Positions 48,582 through 57,103 of a stretch of DNA of 64,000 nucleotides are shown here, one piece after another. The notes under the pieces were generated by a model that was not told the DNA's origin, searched no databases, and worked only from the letters and a program-made list of their open reading frames with translations. Origin of the DNA: Acidimicrobiia bacterium (GTDB taxonomy: Bacteria > Acidobacteriota > Vicinamibacteria > Vicinamibacterales > UBA2999). The position numbers and the translations under genes were made by a program. The stretch lies in NCBI GenBank assembly GCA_016871275.1, contig VFZG01000016.1, forward strand, positions 2,045 through 66,044. The letters are read 5' to 3'. Position 1 is the stretch's first letter. Each line of letters begins with the position of its first letter.

Positions 48582-51389
48582 TCTCAGACCCTGAACGTGC
48601 TGCACCCATGCAGCGACGAGGGTCTGCATGGGGCCCTTCGCGGCGGCGTAGGCTTTCGCCCACCTGGCCACATTCGCTTTGTCGGCCGCGAGCGTTGCCT
48701 GCGCGCCGGCGAGATGCCGCTGGTAGGTGCCGTAGATCGCGGCCAGCAAGGCAGGCGCGTCTGTCGGATTCGCATCGAGGTACGACGGCAGCACCGAGGC
48801 GGCATCGGCCGGACGTCCCCCCAGCACGTACGCAAATCCCAGCAGCTTCGCCGAGCGCGGATCGGCGTTTGGCTGCTGCACGGCCAGTTCGAGTGGCGCG
48901 ATGGCCAGCGCCGGTTGTCCAGCCTTGATCCAGGATTCGCCGGCGAGGCGCGCGATGGTGGCATTGGGCGGTGTCATCGAGGCGGATTGCAGCAGGCCGG
49001 CGGCATCCCTGTGGCGATTGCCTTCGGCAAACGCCGCGCCAAGGAAGAGGCGGGATGGCGTAAAGGCCGGCGCCATCTGCATGGAGTTCGTGAACTGCAT
49101 CGCGGCGCGATCGAGCTGTGACGCCTGGTAGAACTCGAGGCCTTTGAGGAACGTGGCCAGCGCCTGATCGCCCTCGCCGAGCGCCGTCATCGCCGCGCCT
49201 CCGAGGTCGCCGCCGCGCGCCTCCTTGACCGCGGCCTTCGATCCCGAGGCTCGGCCTTCGGCCAGCGCGAACACCGACGTCAGCATCGCCGGCGTCAGCA
49301 ACTCCTTCCGATCGAAGTTGGCCAAGCCACCGACCAGCAGCATGGCCATCTCATTCGGCACCGGCCCCGGTGCCGGCGGCGCTCCGGCGGTGGTCGACGA
49401 GGTGTTGGCGACGATGCGGAACGGCCGAATCAAGTGTCCTTGCGGCGTGCCGCCCTGTCGAATCGTGCCGCGCGCAAGGTAGCGGCCAGGCGGCAGCGCC
49501 GTGGTGTTGAACTGCGCGCTGACATTCGCCACCTCAGGTGACGCTCCGGGTGTGACGTGCATGGGCACGGTGGCAATTGGCGCGGCATCCTCACTGGCCA
49601 CGATCTCGAGCATCGCGTCAAGCCCTTTCCCTGATCCCTGATCCCCGATCCCTGATCCCTGATACGCCTCCATCAGCGCCGCCATCGATCCGGAGATGAT
49701 CGGCTCGATCGCCGGCTCGATCGACCTGGCGCTGCCATCGAACGACCCGACGATCAGGTCGCCGAGGGAGACGCCCGTGCCGCCCATCTGGAACGCCGTC
49801 ACGGCGCGGCTGACGCTGCCGACCCGTCCCTCGCTATCGGCCATCGAGACGATGACCCGGTACTGCCCGGGATCGACCAGGAGCACACCGGAGAAGACAG
49901 CCGTGCCCTGATCGCCGGGCTTCTCGGTGAGTGCCTGCAGGCCAACCGGCGAGGCGACGCCACGGCCCTCCCTGTTCACGATGGCCATGCCGACGGTGTA
50001 CTCAAGCGACTGTCCGGCCAGGCGCTCGATCTCGGCGCCGATCAGCACGCGGACCCTGCTGGTGCCAGGCTCCTTGTAGGTCCACGTCGAGATCTTGAGC
50101 GGTAGATCGTTGATCGGCAGCGGCGATTTGATGGCTCGGGTAACGGCGTCGGTGGGCGTGGTGGCCTTGGCCGACATCGCGGTCACGAACGTCCGCCGCG
50201 AGCGGATCGAGACGCCGCGCCGCACCGACCGTACGCCGATGCGATGGCGCCGGCCGTTGCGATCCTCCGGGCGCGAGTCGACGCCCAGCAGGTAATAGCC
50301 ATCGAGCGACCGCGAGATCCGATCGAACGCGAACTCGGCGGTGGTGTTGATGCGATACAGGCCGCCGCGCGACGCGCCGGCCAGCTGCTCGAGGCCGGTG
50401 CTCCGCAGATCGCGATCCTGCTTGGGCGTGGTCGGTCGCACCGCGATCGACGCCTCGAATGGCGAGACCTCGAGCAGCAGGATGTCGAGCGTGGCCCGCG
50501 AGTCGGCCGCCACCGTCGCGAGCTCGTCGGTCTCCGATCCCAACCCCTCGAAGATCAGGCCTTCGGAAATCATGATCACGGACTTCGGCCCCTCGAGGCC
50601 GCCGAGCCCCTGCAGCACCGCGCGGATGCCGTGCACCGAGGCCTGCGTGCGCCGCCGGATCTCGGTGACGATTTCGGCGGAGTCCTGATCGACCTCGCGC
50701 TCGCAGTCATCAAGGTCTACCGCCGCCTGTGCGCCGCACTCCCGCAGGATCACTGCGATCGCCATCTGGGGATCGCCGCGCAGGTTGATCGCCATCGCCT
50801 CGGTGATCGAGATATTGAAGCGTGACTTCGGGGGATCCGCCGTGCCGACAATGCGGAGCAGCGATTCGCGGACCTTGTCGTGATTGGTGGTGAAGTCCAC
50901 CAGTTCGCCCGGGCCCGGCACGGCCATCACCGCCACCCGATCCTCGGGCGTCAGGGTATCGACGAACTTCCTGGCGCTGTTCATGGCCGCGCGCGCGGCG
51001 CCGGTGCGGATGTTGCCCTGGTCGACCAGCAGCACGATCAGCCGGCCTCGCGGCGCCCCCTTCGCGTTGGACGAAGAGAAGGTCTCGTCTGAAACGACCA
51101 CCTTGTGCGGCGCTCCGATGGTGCGCAGCGGATCAACGGAGCGGACGTACTCGACCGTCGAGACCTGTCGGCGCTGTCCGTCGATTTCCACCTGGAAGTC
51201 CGCGGCACCAAGATCGGTCACCTGGCGGCCGTTGGTGTCGAGCGCGGTCACGTCGATGGAGACCAGCTCGACGCCGGCGCGAAACACCGGCGCCTGGGGG
51301 TTGGGTGCCTGAGTGCCGTGGGCCTCGGGCCTCGCACGCACGCCGATACCCAGCGCTACGACGATCGCGATCGAGAGCCCTGCGCGCAT
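48579..51389 (-). CDS. VWFA-related secreted protein with C-terminal TPR-like region
   Basis: 936 aa. The N-terminus PVFRAGVELVSIDVTALDTNGRQVTDLGAADFQVEIDG is typical of the VWFA-related domain common in Acidobacteriota, followed by a VWA fold (LIVLLVDQGN...). Confidence 0.75.
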   Translation of the reverse strand: MRAGLSIAIVVALGIGVRARPEAHGTQAPNPQAPVFRAGVELVSIDVTALDTNGRQVTDLGAADFQVEIDGQRRQVSTVEYVRSVDPLRTIGAPHKVVVSDETFSSSNAKGAPRGRLIVLLVDQGNIRTGAARAAMNSARKFVDTLTPEDRVAVMAVPGPGELVDFTTNHDKVRESLLRIVGTADPPKSRFNISITEAMAINLRGDPQMAIAVILRECGAQAAVDLDDCEREVDQDSAEIVTEIRRRTQASVHGIRAVLQGLGGLEGPKSVIMISEGLIFEGLGSETDELATVAADSRATLDILLLEVSPFEASIAVRPTTPKQDRDLRSTGLEQLAGASRGGLYRINTTAEFAFDRISRSLDGYYLLGVDSRPEDRNGRRHRIGVRSVRRGVSIRSRRTFVTAMSAKATTPTDAVTRAIKSPLPINDLPLKISTWTYKEPGTSRVRVLIGAEIERLAGQSLEYTVGMAIVNREGRGVASPVGLQALTEKPGDQGTAVFSGVLLVDPGQYRVIVSMADSEGRVGSVSRAVTAFQMGGTGVSLGDLIVGSFDGSARSIEPAIEPIISGSMAALMEAYQGSGIGDQGSGKGLDAMLEIVASEDAAPIATVPMHVTPGASPEVANVSAQFNTTALPPGRYLARGTIRQGGTPQGHLIRPFRIVANTSSTTAGAPPAPGPVPNEMAMLLVGGLANFDRKELLTPAMLTSVFALAEGRASGSKAAVKEARGGDLGGAAMTALGEGDQALATFLKGLEFYQASQLDRAAMQFTNSMQMAPAFTPSRLFLGAAFAEGNRHRDAAGLLQSASMTPPNATIARLAGESWIKAGQPALAIAPLELAVQQPNADPRSAKLLGFAYVLGGRPADAASVLPSYLDANPTDAPALLAAIYGTYQRHLAGAQATLAADKANVARWAKAYAAAKGPMQTLVAAWVQHVQGLR
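49629..49663 (-). repeat. tandem heptamer repeat (ATCAGGG on the coding strand) x5 embedded in-frame in the VWA-protein CDS
   Basis: ccctgat ccctgat ccccgat ccctgat ccctgat. Translated on the minus strand as YQGSGIGDQGSGKG. Confidence 0.9.
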
Positions 51390-51395
51390 TCGCGC

Positions 51396-51401
51396 ATGTT
51401 A
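51396..51401 (-). promoter_or_regulatory. -10-like hexamer TAACAT (minus strand), 6 nt upstream of the VWA-protein ATG (leaderless candidate)
   Basis: The minus strand reads gagTAACATgcgcgaATG, with no Shine-Dalgarno. Confidence 0.4.
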
Positions 51402-51410
51402 CTCGCGCAA

Positions 51411-51466
51411 GCCCGTAGCCCGTAGCCCGAAGCCCGTAGCCCGAAGCCTGCAGCCCGCAGCCCGAT
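51411..51466 (+). repeat. tandem heptamer repeat (GCCCGNA)x8 in the divergent intergenic region
   Basis: gcccgta gcccgta gcccgaa gcccgta gcccgaa gcctgca gcccgca gcccgat. Confidence 0.95.
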
Positions 51467-51480
51467 ACAATCCCTATTAC

Positions 51481-52464
51481 ATGCCCGTCCGCGATGTCCT
51501 GATCGTAGGCGCCGGTCCCTCCGGCCTTGCTACCGCCATTGCCTGCCGGCACTCTGGCCTCGACTACCTCGTCCTCGAACAAGGGTCGCTCGTGGACGCC
51601 ATCGCGCGGTTCCCCATCAACATGGTGTTCTTCACCACACCGGAGCTGATGGAGATTGGCGGCATGCCGCTGACCACGCCGTTCGGCAAGCCGACTCGTG
51701 CCGAAGCGCTGCAGTACTACCGGAAGGTCGTGGATGCCTTTCAGTTGCAGGTGTCGTTGTTCGAACAGGTGCTGAAGGTCGAGGCGCCGTCGGCGGCTGA
51801 TGAGCCGTTCGTGGTCGAGTCCCGCACATCGCGTGGCGCCGCTCGCACCCGCCAGGCGCGCAACGTCGTGCTGGCCATGGGCTACTACGACGCCCCCAAC
51901 CTGCTGAACGTGCCCGGCGAAGACCTGCCGCACGTCTCGCACTTCTACAAAGAGGCCCATCCGTTCTACCGGCAGCGCGTGGTGATTGTCGGCGGCAAGA
52001 ATTCCGCGGCCGAAGCCGCCCTCGAGATTCATCGCGCCGGCGGCGTTGTGACCGTGGTCCATCGCGGACCGGGGTTTGGGGAGTCGGTAAAGTACTGGGT
52101 GAAGCCGGACATCGAGAATCGTGTCAGGGAAGGCACGATCGCCGCCCACTTCAACGCCAACGTCGCCGCCATCACGGCGACCGAAGTCGTGCTCGACAAC
52201 GGCACGTCGATTCCTGCGGAGGCGGTGCTGCTGCTCACCGGCTACCATGCCGATGACGAGTTCATGCGCCGCATCGGCATCGAGATCAATCCCGAGACGC
52301 TGTCGCCGCGCTACCACATCGACACCTACGAGACCAACGTGCCTGGATTGTTCGTTGCCGGCGGCCAGCTGGCAGGGAAGCGCACCGGCACGGTGTTCAT
52401 CGAGAACGGCCGCTTCCACGGCGAAGTGATCGCCAGGGCGCTCGCCGCCCGCCTTCGGCGGTAA
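51481..52464 (+). CDS. ypdA: YpdA-family FAD/NAD(P)-dependent disulfide reductase (putative bacillithiol disulfide reductase)
   Basis: VLIVGAGPSGLATA, MGYYDAPN..VPGEDLPHVSHFYKEAHPF, VVIVGGKNSAAEAALE, VFIENGRFHG. Colinear with my recollection of Bacillus YpdA. ATG at 51481. Confidence 0.7.
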   Translation: MPVRDVLIVGAGPSGLATAIACRHSGLDYLVLEQGSLVDAIARFPINMVFFTTPELMEIGGMPLTTPFGKPTRAEALQYYRKVVDAFQLQVSLFEQVLKVEAPSAADEPFVVESRTSRGAARTRQARNVVLAMGYYDAPNLLNVPGEDLPHVSHFYKEAHPFYRQRVVIVGGKNSAAEAALEIHRAGGVVTVVHRGPGFGESVKYWVKPDIENRVREGTIAAHFNANVAAITATEVVLDNGTSIPAEAVLLLTGYHADDEFMRRIGIEINPETLSPRYHIDTYETNVPGLFVAGGQLAGKRTGTVFIENGRFHGEVIARALAARLRR

Positions 52465-52494
52465 CGCGCCGCGATTGGGTAAACTTCGTGGTCT

Positions 52495-55407
52495 ATGAAG
52501 GCCACGCTGCTTGCCTGTATTGGCGCGCTCGCGCTGTTGTCGCAGTCGCCCTTTGCCCCGCAGACGATTTCGGTCACGTTGCGTGAAGGCACCAACATGG
52601 CGGCGGCCCTGTCGCCCGACGGCCGGACGCTGATCGTCGATCTGCAGGGCAGCCTGTGGAGCCTGCCGGCGGCCGGCGGCGCGGCCACACGCATCACCAG
52701 CGAGTATCTCGACGCGCGTCAGCCGGCGTGGTCGCCGGATGGCACGCGGGTGGCGTTCCAGGGCTACGAAGTTGGCACGTGGCATATCTACGTGATGAAT
52801 GCCGACGGATCCGGTGTGCGCGCCGTGACGTCGGGGCCGTTCGACGATCGTGAGCCGTCCTGGTCGCGCGACGGCGCGCGGATTGCGTTTTCGTCGGATC
52901 GGTCCGGCAATTACGACGTGTTCGATCTCGATGTCGCCGGCGGCGCCGTGCGGCAACTCACCACCAATCCGGCCAACGACTACGGCCCCGTCTATTCGCC
53001 GGTCGATGCACGCATCGCGTTCGTGACCGAGCGCGAGGATCGCCGCGGCATCTGGGCGGTGGACAGCGCGAGCGCGGTGGAGACGCCGCTGGCCGCCGCC
53101 ACCGGCGCCGTCAGCGCGCCGTCGTGGACGCCGGATGGCTCGCGCGTGATCTACAACGTAATCGCGAACAATCGCAGCAATCTCGTGTTCGACGGCCGCG
53201 AGGTCACGCGCGATGAAGACGTGTTCCCGTTTCGCGCCCAGTGGACGTCGGCGACCGAGTTCCTCTATACGGCAGACGGGAAGATCAAGCGGCGATCGAC
53301 GGCCGGGACCGAGGCCACGCCGGTCCAATTCAGCGCGGCGCTGTCATTCACGCGCACGCCCTACAAACCTGCCGTGCGCGACTACCAGTCGCGGGCCGCG
53401 CGGCCGGTGCAGGGCCTGACGTCGCCGATCATCAGTCCCGACGGCAACCAGGTGGCGTTTGTCGCACTGGGCGACGTGTGGGTCATGCCGATCGGCGGCG
53501 CCGCCCGGCGCGTCACCAACGATCGCTTCGTGGAAGTGGACCTCACCTGGTCGCCCGACGGGCGATCGCTGGCCTATTCGTCCGATCGCGACGGCACGAT
53601 GGACCTGTGGGTGCGCGATATCGCCGCCGGCACCGACCGGAAGGCCGCGGCTGAGGCGACGCGGGCGTCGTGGGCGCCGCGGGGCAGCGAGATCGCCTAC
53701 ATCAATCGCGACGGCGCGCTGGCGATCACCGGCCGCCCCGAGCCAATCTTCGCGCGGACCTTCGAGACCGGCCGCCCCACTTGGGCCCCGGAGGGCTTCA
53801 TCGCCGTCACGACGCTCCAGCCGTACTCGACCCGGTTTCGCGAAGGCACCAACCAGTTGATGCTGGTGTCGACAACCGGCGGCACGCCTCGGCGCCTCAA
53901 CCCCGTGCCGCATCACTCGATCGGCACGCGCACCAACGATGGCCCGGTCTGGTCGCGCGATGGCGCGAAGATGGCGTTCGTCATGGACGGCCATCTGCAC
54001 GTGATGCCGACCACTCCCACCGGCGACGTCACCGGGGCGCCGAGGAAGGTGTCCGACGATCTCGCCAACGCGCCGTCGTGGGCGGCCGACTCGAATCGCC
54101 TGCTGTATCAGACGCCGCGCGGGCTGAAGCTGCTCGACGTGGCCGCCAACCGTGTCACCGACGTGCCCATCGGCCTCACCTGGCAGCCCCGCATTCCGCA
54201 AGGCCGTCTCGTCGTGCACGCCGGACGCATGTTCGACGGCAAGACCGCATCGCTGCGGACCCAGGTCGACATCATCGTTCGCGACAATCGCATTGAGCAG
54301 GTCGTCGACCACCGCACCGAGCTGCACACCGGCACCGTGATCGACGCCGGCGCCGACGTGGTGATGCCCGGCATGATTGAAATGCACGCGCACATGTCGG
54401 CCGACTACGGCGAGAAGCTCGGGCGCATCTGGCTTGCGTACGGGATTACCTCGGTGCGCAACCCCGCTGCTGATCCCTTCGATGCGCTGGAGCAGAAGGA
54501 GTCGATTGGCTCGGGCGTGCGCCGCGGACCGCGGGTGTTCTCGACCGGGGGGCCTTTTGACGGGTCACGTATCTACTATGCCGGCGGCGTGCCGCTGGCT
54601 GGCCCCGGACAACTACCGCTTGAGCTGCAGAAGACCACGCAGCTCGGCTTCGACCTGATCAAGACCTACGTGCGCCTCGACGATCGGCTGCAGCAGCAGG
54701 TGATCGACTACGCGCACGCCAACGGCCTGCCGGTGACCTCGCACGAAATCTATCCCGCGGTGGCCTCCGGTGCGGATGGTGTGGAACACGTCCGCGGCAC
54801 CAGCCGCCGCGGCTATTCGCCGAAGGTCTCGGCCCTCAATCGCAGCTACCAGGACGTTGTCGATCTGCTCATCGCCTCGAAGATGACGCTGACGCCGACC
54901 ATTGGCATCACCGCCGGCGCATTCCCGTGGATGCTGGCGCGCGATCCGTCGCGGCTGGACGATGTGCGGTTCAAGACGATGTTTCCGGCGTCGGTGGTGC
55001 GGGACATGGAGCGGCTGTCCAAGAGCATTGCGCCGGCCGACCTCGGGCGGCTCGGTGCCGTGTGGCACCCGATGCGCGAGTTGGTGCGGCAGGTGGTGAA
55101 GGGCGGCGGCGTGGTGATCGCCGGTACGGATTCGCCGATTTTTCCCTACGCGCTGCTGTACCACACCGAGCTGGAGATATTTCAGGACGGCGGGCTGACG
55201 CCCTTCGAGGTGCTGCAAACCGCCACGGTGCGCGCCGCCGACGCACTCGGCGAAGGCGCGAACCTGGGCTCGATTGAAGCGGGGAAGCTGGCGGACCTGG
55301 TGATCGTCACCGACGATCCGCTCGCGGACATCAAGAACGCGCGGCAGGTGCGGACCGTCATCAAAAACGGCGAGGTCCACACGCTCGAGGCGTTGTTGAG
55401 ACGATGA
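52495..55407 (+). CDS. TolB-like beta-propeller / amidohydrolase fusion protein, secreted
   Basis: 970 aa. Signal peptide. Repeated PD40/WD40-like units (PAWSPDGTRVAF, PSWSRDGARIAF, PSWTPDGSRVIY, LTWSPDGRSLAY...). C-terminal amidohydrolase with MIEMHAHM (HxH). Confidence 0.8.
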   Translation: MKATLLACIGALALLSQSPFAPQTISVTLREGTNMAAALSPDGRTLIVDLQGSLWSLPAAGGAATRITSEYLDARQPAWSPDGTRVAFQGYEVGTWHIYVMNADGSGVRAVTSGPFDDREPSWSRDGARIAFSSDRSGNYDVFDLDVAGGAVRQLTTNPANDYGPVYSPVDARIAFVTEREDRRGIWAVDSASAVETPLAAATGAVSAPSWTPDGSRVIYNVIANNRSNLVFDGREVTRDEDVFPFRAQWTSATEFLYTADGKIKRRSTAGTEATPVQFSAALSFTRTPYKPAVRDYQSRAARPVQGLTSPIISPDGNQVAFVALGDVWVMPIGGAARRVTNDRFVEVDLTWSPDGRSLAYSSDRDGTMDLWVRDIAAGTDRKAAAEATRASWAPRGSEIAYINRDGALAITGRPEPIFARTFETGRPTWAPEGFIAVTTLQPYSTRFREGTNQLMLVSTTGGTPRRLNPVPHHSIGTRTNDGPVWSRDGAKMAFVMDGHLHVMPTTPTGDVTGAPRKVSDDLANAPSWAADSNRLLYQTPRGLKLLDVAANRVTDVPIGLTWQPRIPQGRLVVHAGRMFDGKTASLRTQVDIIVRDNRIEQVVDHRTELHTGTVIDAGADVVMPGMIEMHAHMSADYGEKLGRIWLAYGITSVRNPAADPFDALEQKESIGSGVRRGPRVFSTGGPFDGSRIYYAGGVPLAGPGQLPLELQKTTQLGFDLIKTYVRLDDRLQQQVIDYAHANGLPVTSHEIYPAVASGADGVEHVRGTSRRGYSPKVSALNRSYQDVVDLLIASKMTLTPTIGITAGAFPWMLARDPSRLDDVRFKTMFPASVVRDMERLSKSIAPADLGRLGAVWHPMRELVRQVVKGGGVVIAGTDSPIFPYALLYHTELEIFQDGGLTPFEVLQTATVRAADALGEGANLGSIEAGKLADLVIVTDDPLADIKNARQVRTVIKNGEVHTLEALLRR

Positions 55408-55410
55408 GGT

Positions 55411-55440
55411 GTCGGGCTGCGGGCTGCGGGCTACGCGGGC
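55411..55440 (+). repeat. tandem heptamer repeat (TNCGGGC)x4, the inverted complement of the 51411-51466 array
   Basis: gtcgggc tgcgggc tgcgggc tacgcgggc. Fills the gap between convergent stops; the last base is part of the ilvE stop. Confidence 0.9.
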
Positions 55441-56498
55441 TAGATCGACTTCAGCCAGTTGTGGCGGTCCGGGATCCGCCCGAGGCGCAGGCCTTCCAGC
55501 TCCGCACCGGCCTGCATCAATGGTGAGTCGGGCGACATCTGCGGCACGGTGATCTCGCGATCCTTGTGGCGCAGGCGGCCGATGGGCGCAATGACGGCCG
55601 CGGTGCCGATGCCGGCCGCGCCCTGCAGCGTGCCCTTGGCGTGCGCCTCGAACACGTCATCGATGCTGATGCGGCGCTCCTCGACCGGAATGCGCAGATC
55701 GCGCAGCAGCGTGAGGACGCTGTCGCGGGTGATGCCGGGCAGGATTGTGCCGCCGAGCGGCGGCGTGACCACGGTGCCGCCGATGACGAACGCGACGTTC
55801 ATCAGTCCGGCCTCTTCGACGTACTTGCGCTCAATGCCGTCGAGCCATAGCACGTTGTGGAAGCCCTTCTTCTGCGCCTCGAGTGCGGCCAGCATGCTGC
55901 CGGCGTAGTTGCCGCCGCACTTGGCGGCGCCGGTGCCGCCCGGAAAGGCGCGCACGTAGGTGTCTTCGGCAATCAGATCTACCGACCCCGAGAAGTACGG
56001 TGCGCTCGGGCAGGTTTCAATGATGAAGCGGAACGTCTCCGACGGACGCACGCCGAGCTGCTCGCCGGTGGCGAACATGACCGGCCGCACGTAGAGCGCG
56101 CTGCCGGCGCTCTCGGGAATCCAGTCGCGATCGACGGCGACCAGCGCCATCGTGCCGTCGATGAACGTGGACGCGGGAATCTCCGGCATGGCCATGCGCC
56201 GGCACGTGCGGTTCATGCGCGCGTGGTTGGCGTCGGGGCGGAAGGCGACCGCGCCGTGATTCGGCCGCGCGAACACCTTGAAGCCCTCGAAGATGCCCTG
56301 GCCGTAGTGCGCCACGGCCGGCGCGGCGGCCAGCGGCTGCGCGCCGTACGGAATGATTCGCGGGTCGCCCCACTTGCCGTTGGCATAGTCGGCCATCAGC
56401 ATGTGATCGCTGAACACGGCGCCGAACGCCGCCTTGTCGCGCAGCTCCGGGGTCAGGCGGGAATGAGTCGTTCTGGTAACGGGAACAGTGGCAAGCAT
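55440..56498 (-). CDS. ilvE: branched-chain amino acid aminotransferase (class IV)
   Basis: 352 aa. ...FSDHMLMADY..., YGQGIFEGFKVF, GGTGAAKCGGNYAGS, TPPLGGTILPGITR. Confidence 0.9.
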   Translation of the reverse strand: MLATVPVTRTTHSRLTPELRDKAAFGAVFSDHMLMADYANGKWGDPRIIPYGAQPLAAAPAVAHYGQGIFEGFKVFARPNHGAVAFRPDANHARMNRTCRRMAMPEIPASTFIDGTMALVAVDRDWIPESAGSALYVRPVMFATGEQLGVRPSETFRFIIETCPSAPYFSGSVDLIAEDTYVRAFPGGTGAAKCGGNYAGSMLAALEAQKKGFHNVLWLDGIERKYVEEAGLMNVAFVIGGTVVTPPLGGTILPGITRDSVLTLLRDLRIPVEERRISIDDVFEAHAKGTLQGAAGIGTAAVIAPIGRLRHKDREITVPQMSPDSPLMQAGAELEGLRLGRIPDRHNWLKSI

Positions 56499-56535
56499 GG
56501 CAATGAAGTCCTTCTCGAGATCCTACCAAAACCTA

Positions 56536-56614
56536 TCCAGGGCCACAGCAGGCACAGCACGCTCAGAACTTCTTGATAAGAGCATCCAGCAGATCTGAGC
56601 GTTCTGTGGCCCTG
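56536..56614 (-). terminator. long two-tier hairpin between the PhzF remnant and ilvE (terminator or leader structure)
   Basis: Outer stem CCAGGGCCACAG/CTGTGGCCCTGG (12 bp), inner stem ACGCTCAGA/TCTGAGCGT (9 bp), AT-rich 26-nt loop. On the minus strand it is followed by ATAGGTTTTGG. It ends 38 nt upstream of the ilvE ATG. Confidence 0.5.
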
Positions 56615-56618
56615 GGTT

Positions 56619-57022
56619 CATGAGGCGCTGAGCCTTCCTTCGCCGATCAGCACGTACTTCACGAGATAACAGCCGAGCGGGCCGCTGGCAGAGCCGGCAA
56701 ACTGCATTTCGTTGTTGGGACCAAAGACGCTCAGCCGCACGTCCGTGCCGGTGGCTACCGGGGGGCTGAACGAAGGTGCACTCGAAGAACCTGGTCTCGC
56801 GAGTCATGGCTTGCATCTCGGCGGCAGATAGACCGGCCATGTCGGTGAACACCGCCAACTGGTTACCGGTCAGCGGCTTGTCCGTGAAGACGTCGTTCTG
56901 CAGATAGCGATGGCCGTTGACAACGGCAGGCCGTCTGACCTGACGAGCGGCAAGAGCGGTCGAGACGGCCGGCAACGCCGCAGCCGCCAGATTGAGCCAG
57001 GAACGCCGGGTGAGCTGTGCCA
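56619..57022 (-). pseudogene. PhzF-family isomerase remnant (Tat signal; frameshift at a homopolymer; internally truncated)
   Basis: GTG at 57022 gives VAQLTRRSWLNLAAAALPAVSTALAA (Tat-like), then YLQNDVFTDKPLTGNQLAVFTD...MQAMTRETRFFECTFVQPP (PhzF N-terminus). The frame breaks at C6/G6 (56759-56764). The +1 frame continues VATGTDVRLSVFGPNNEMQFAGSASGPLGCYLVKY...* and ends at 56619. The total is about 134 codons against about 270-300 for PhzF. Confidence 0.5.
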
Positions 57023-57103
57023 CGCCGCATTTTGACTGGTCTGTGATTTCGGCGCTTCTGTGGCCACGGCGTTCGGTGCCCGAAGTAGAATCCAAGGAAA
57101 TTC

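Noticed and set aside
57085-57090. TAGAAT upstream of the 57104 gene (also TATGAT at 3000, TACAAT at 51466 and TAAACT at 52480) as further leaderless promoters.
   Set aside because: Their spacing to the start codon is 9-13 nt, and 57104 has an intervening AAGGA Shine-Dalgarno. They may be ordinary short-leader promoters, so I did not count them in the fixed 6-7 nt pattern.
56523-57095. 190-aa ORF read straight through as an intact gene.
   Set aside because: After the PhzF-like N-terminus the frame turns into Arg-rich nonsense and runs through the ilvE-upstream hairpin. The +1 frame restores PhzF-like sequence, so it is better explained as a frameshifted remnant.
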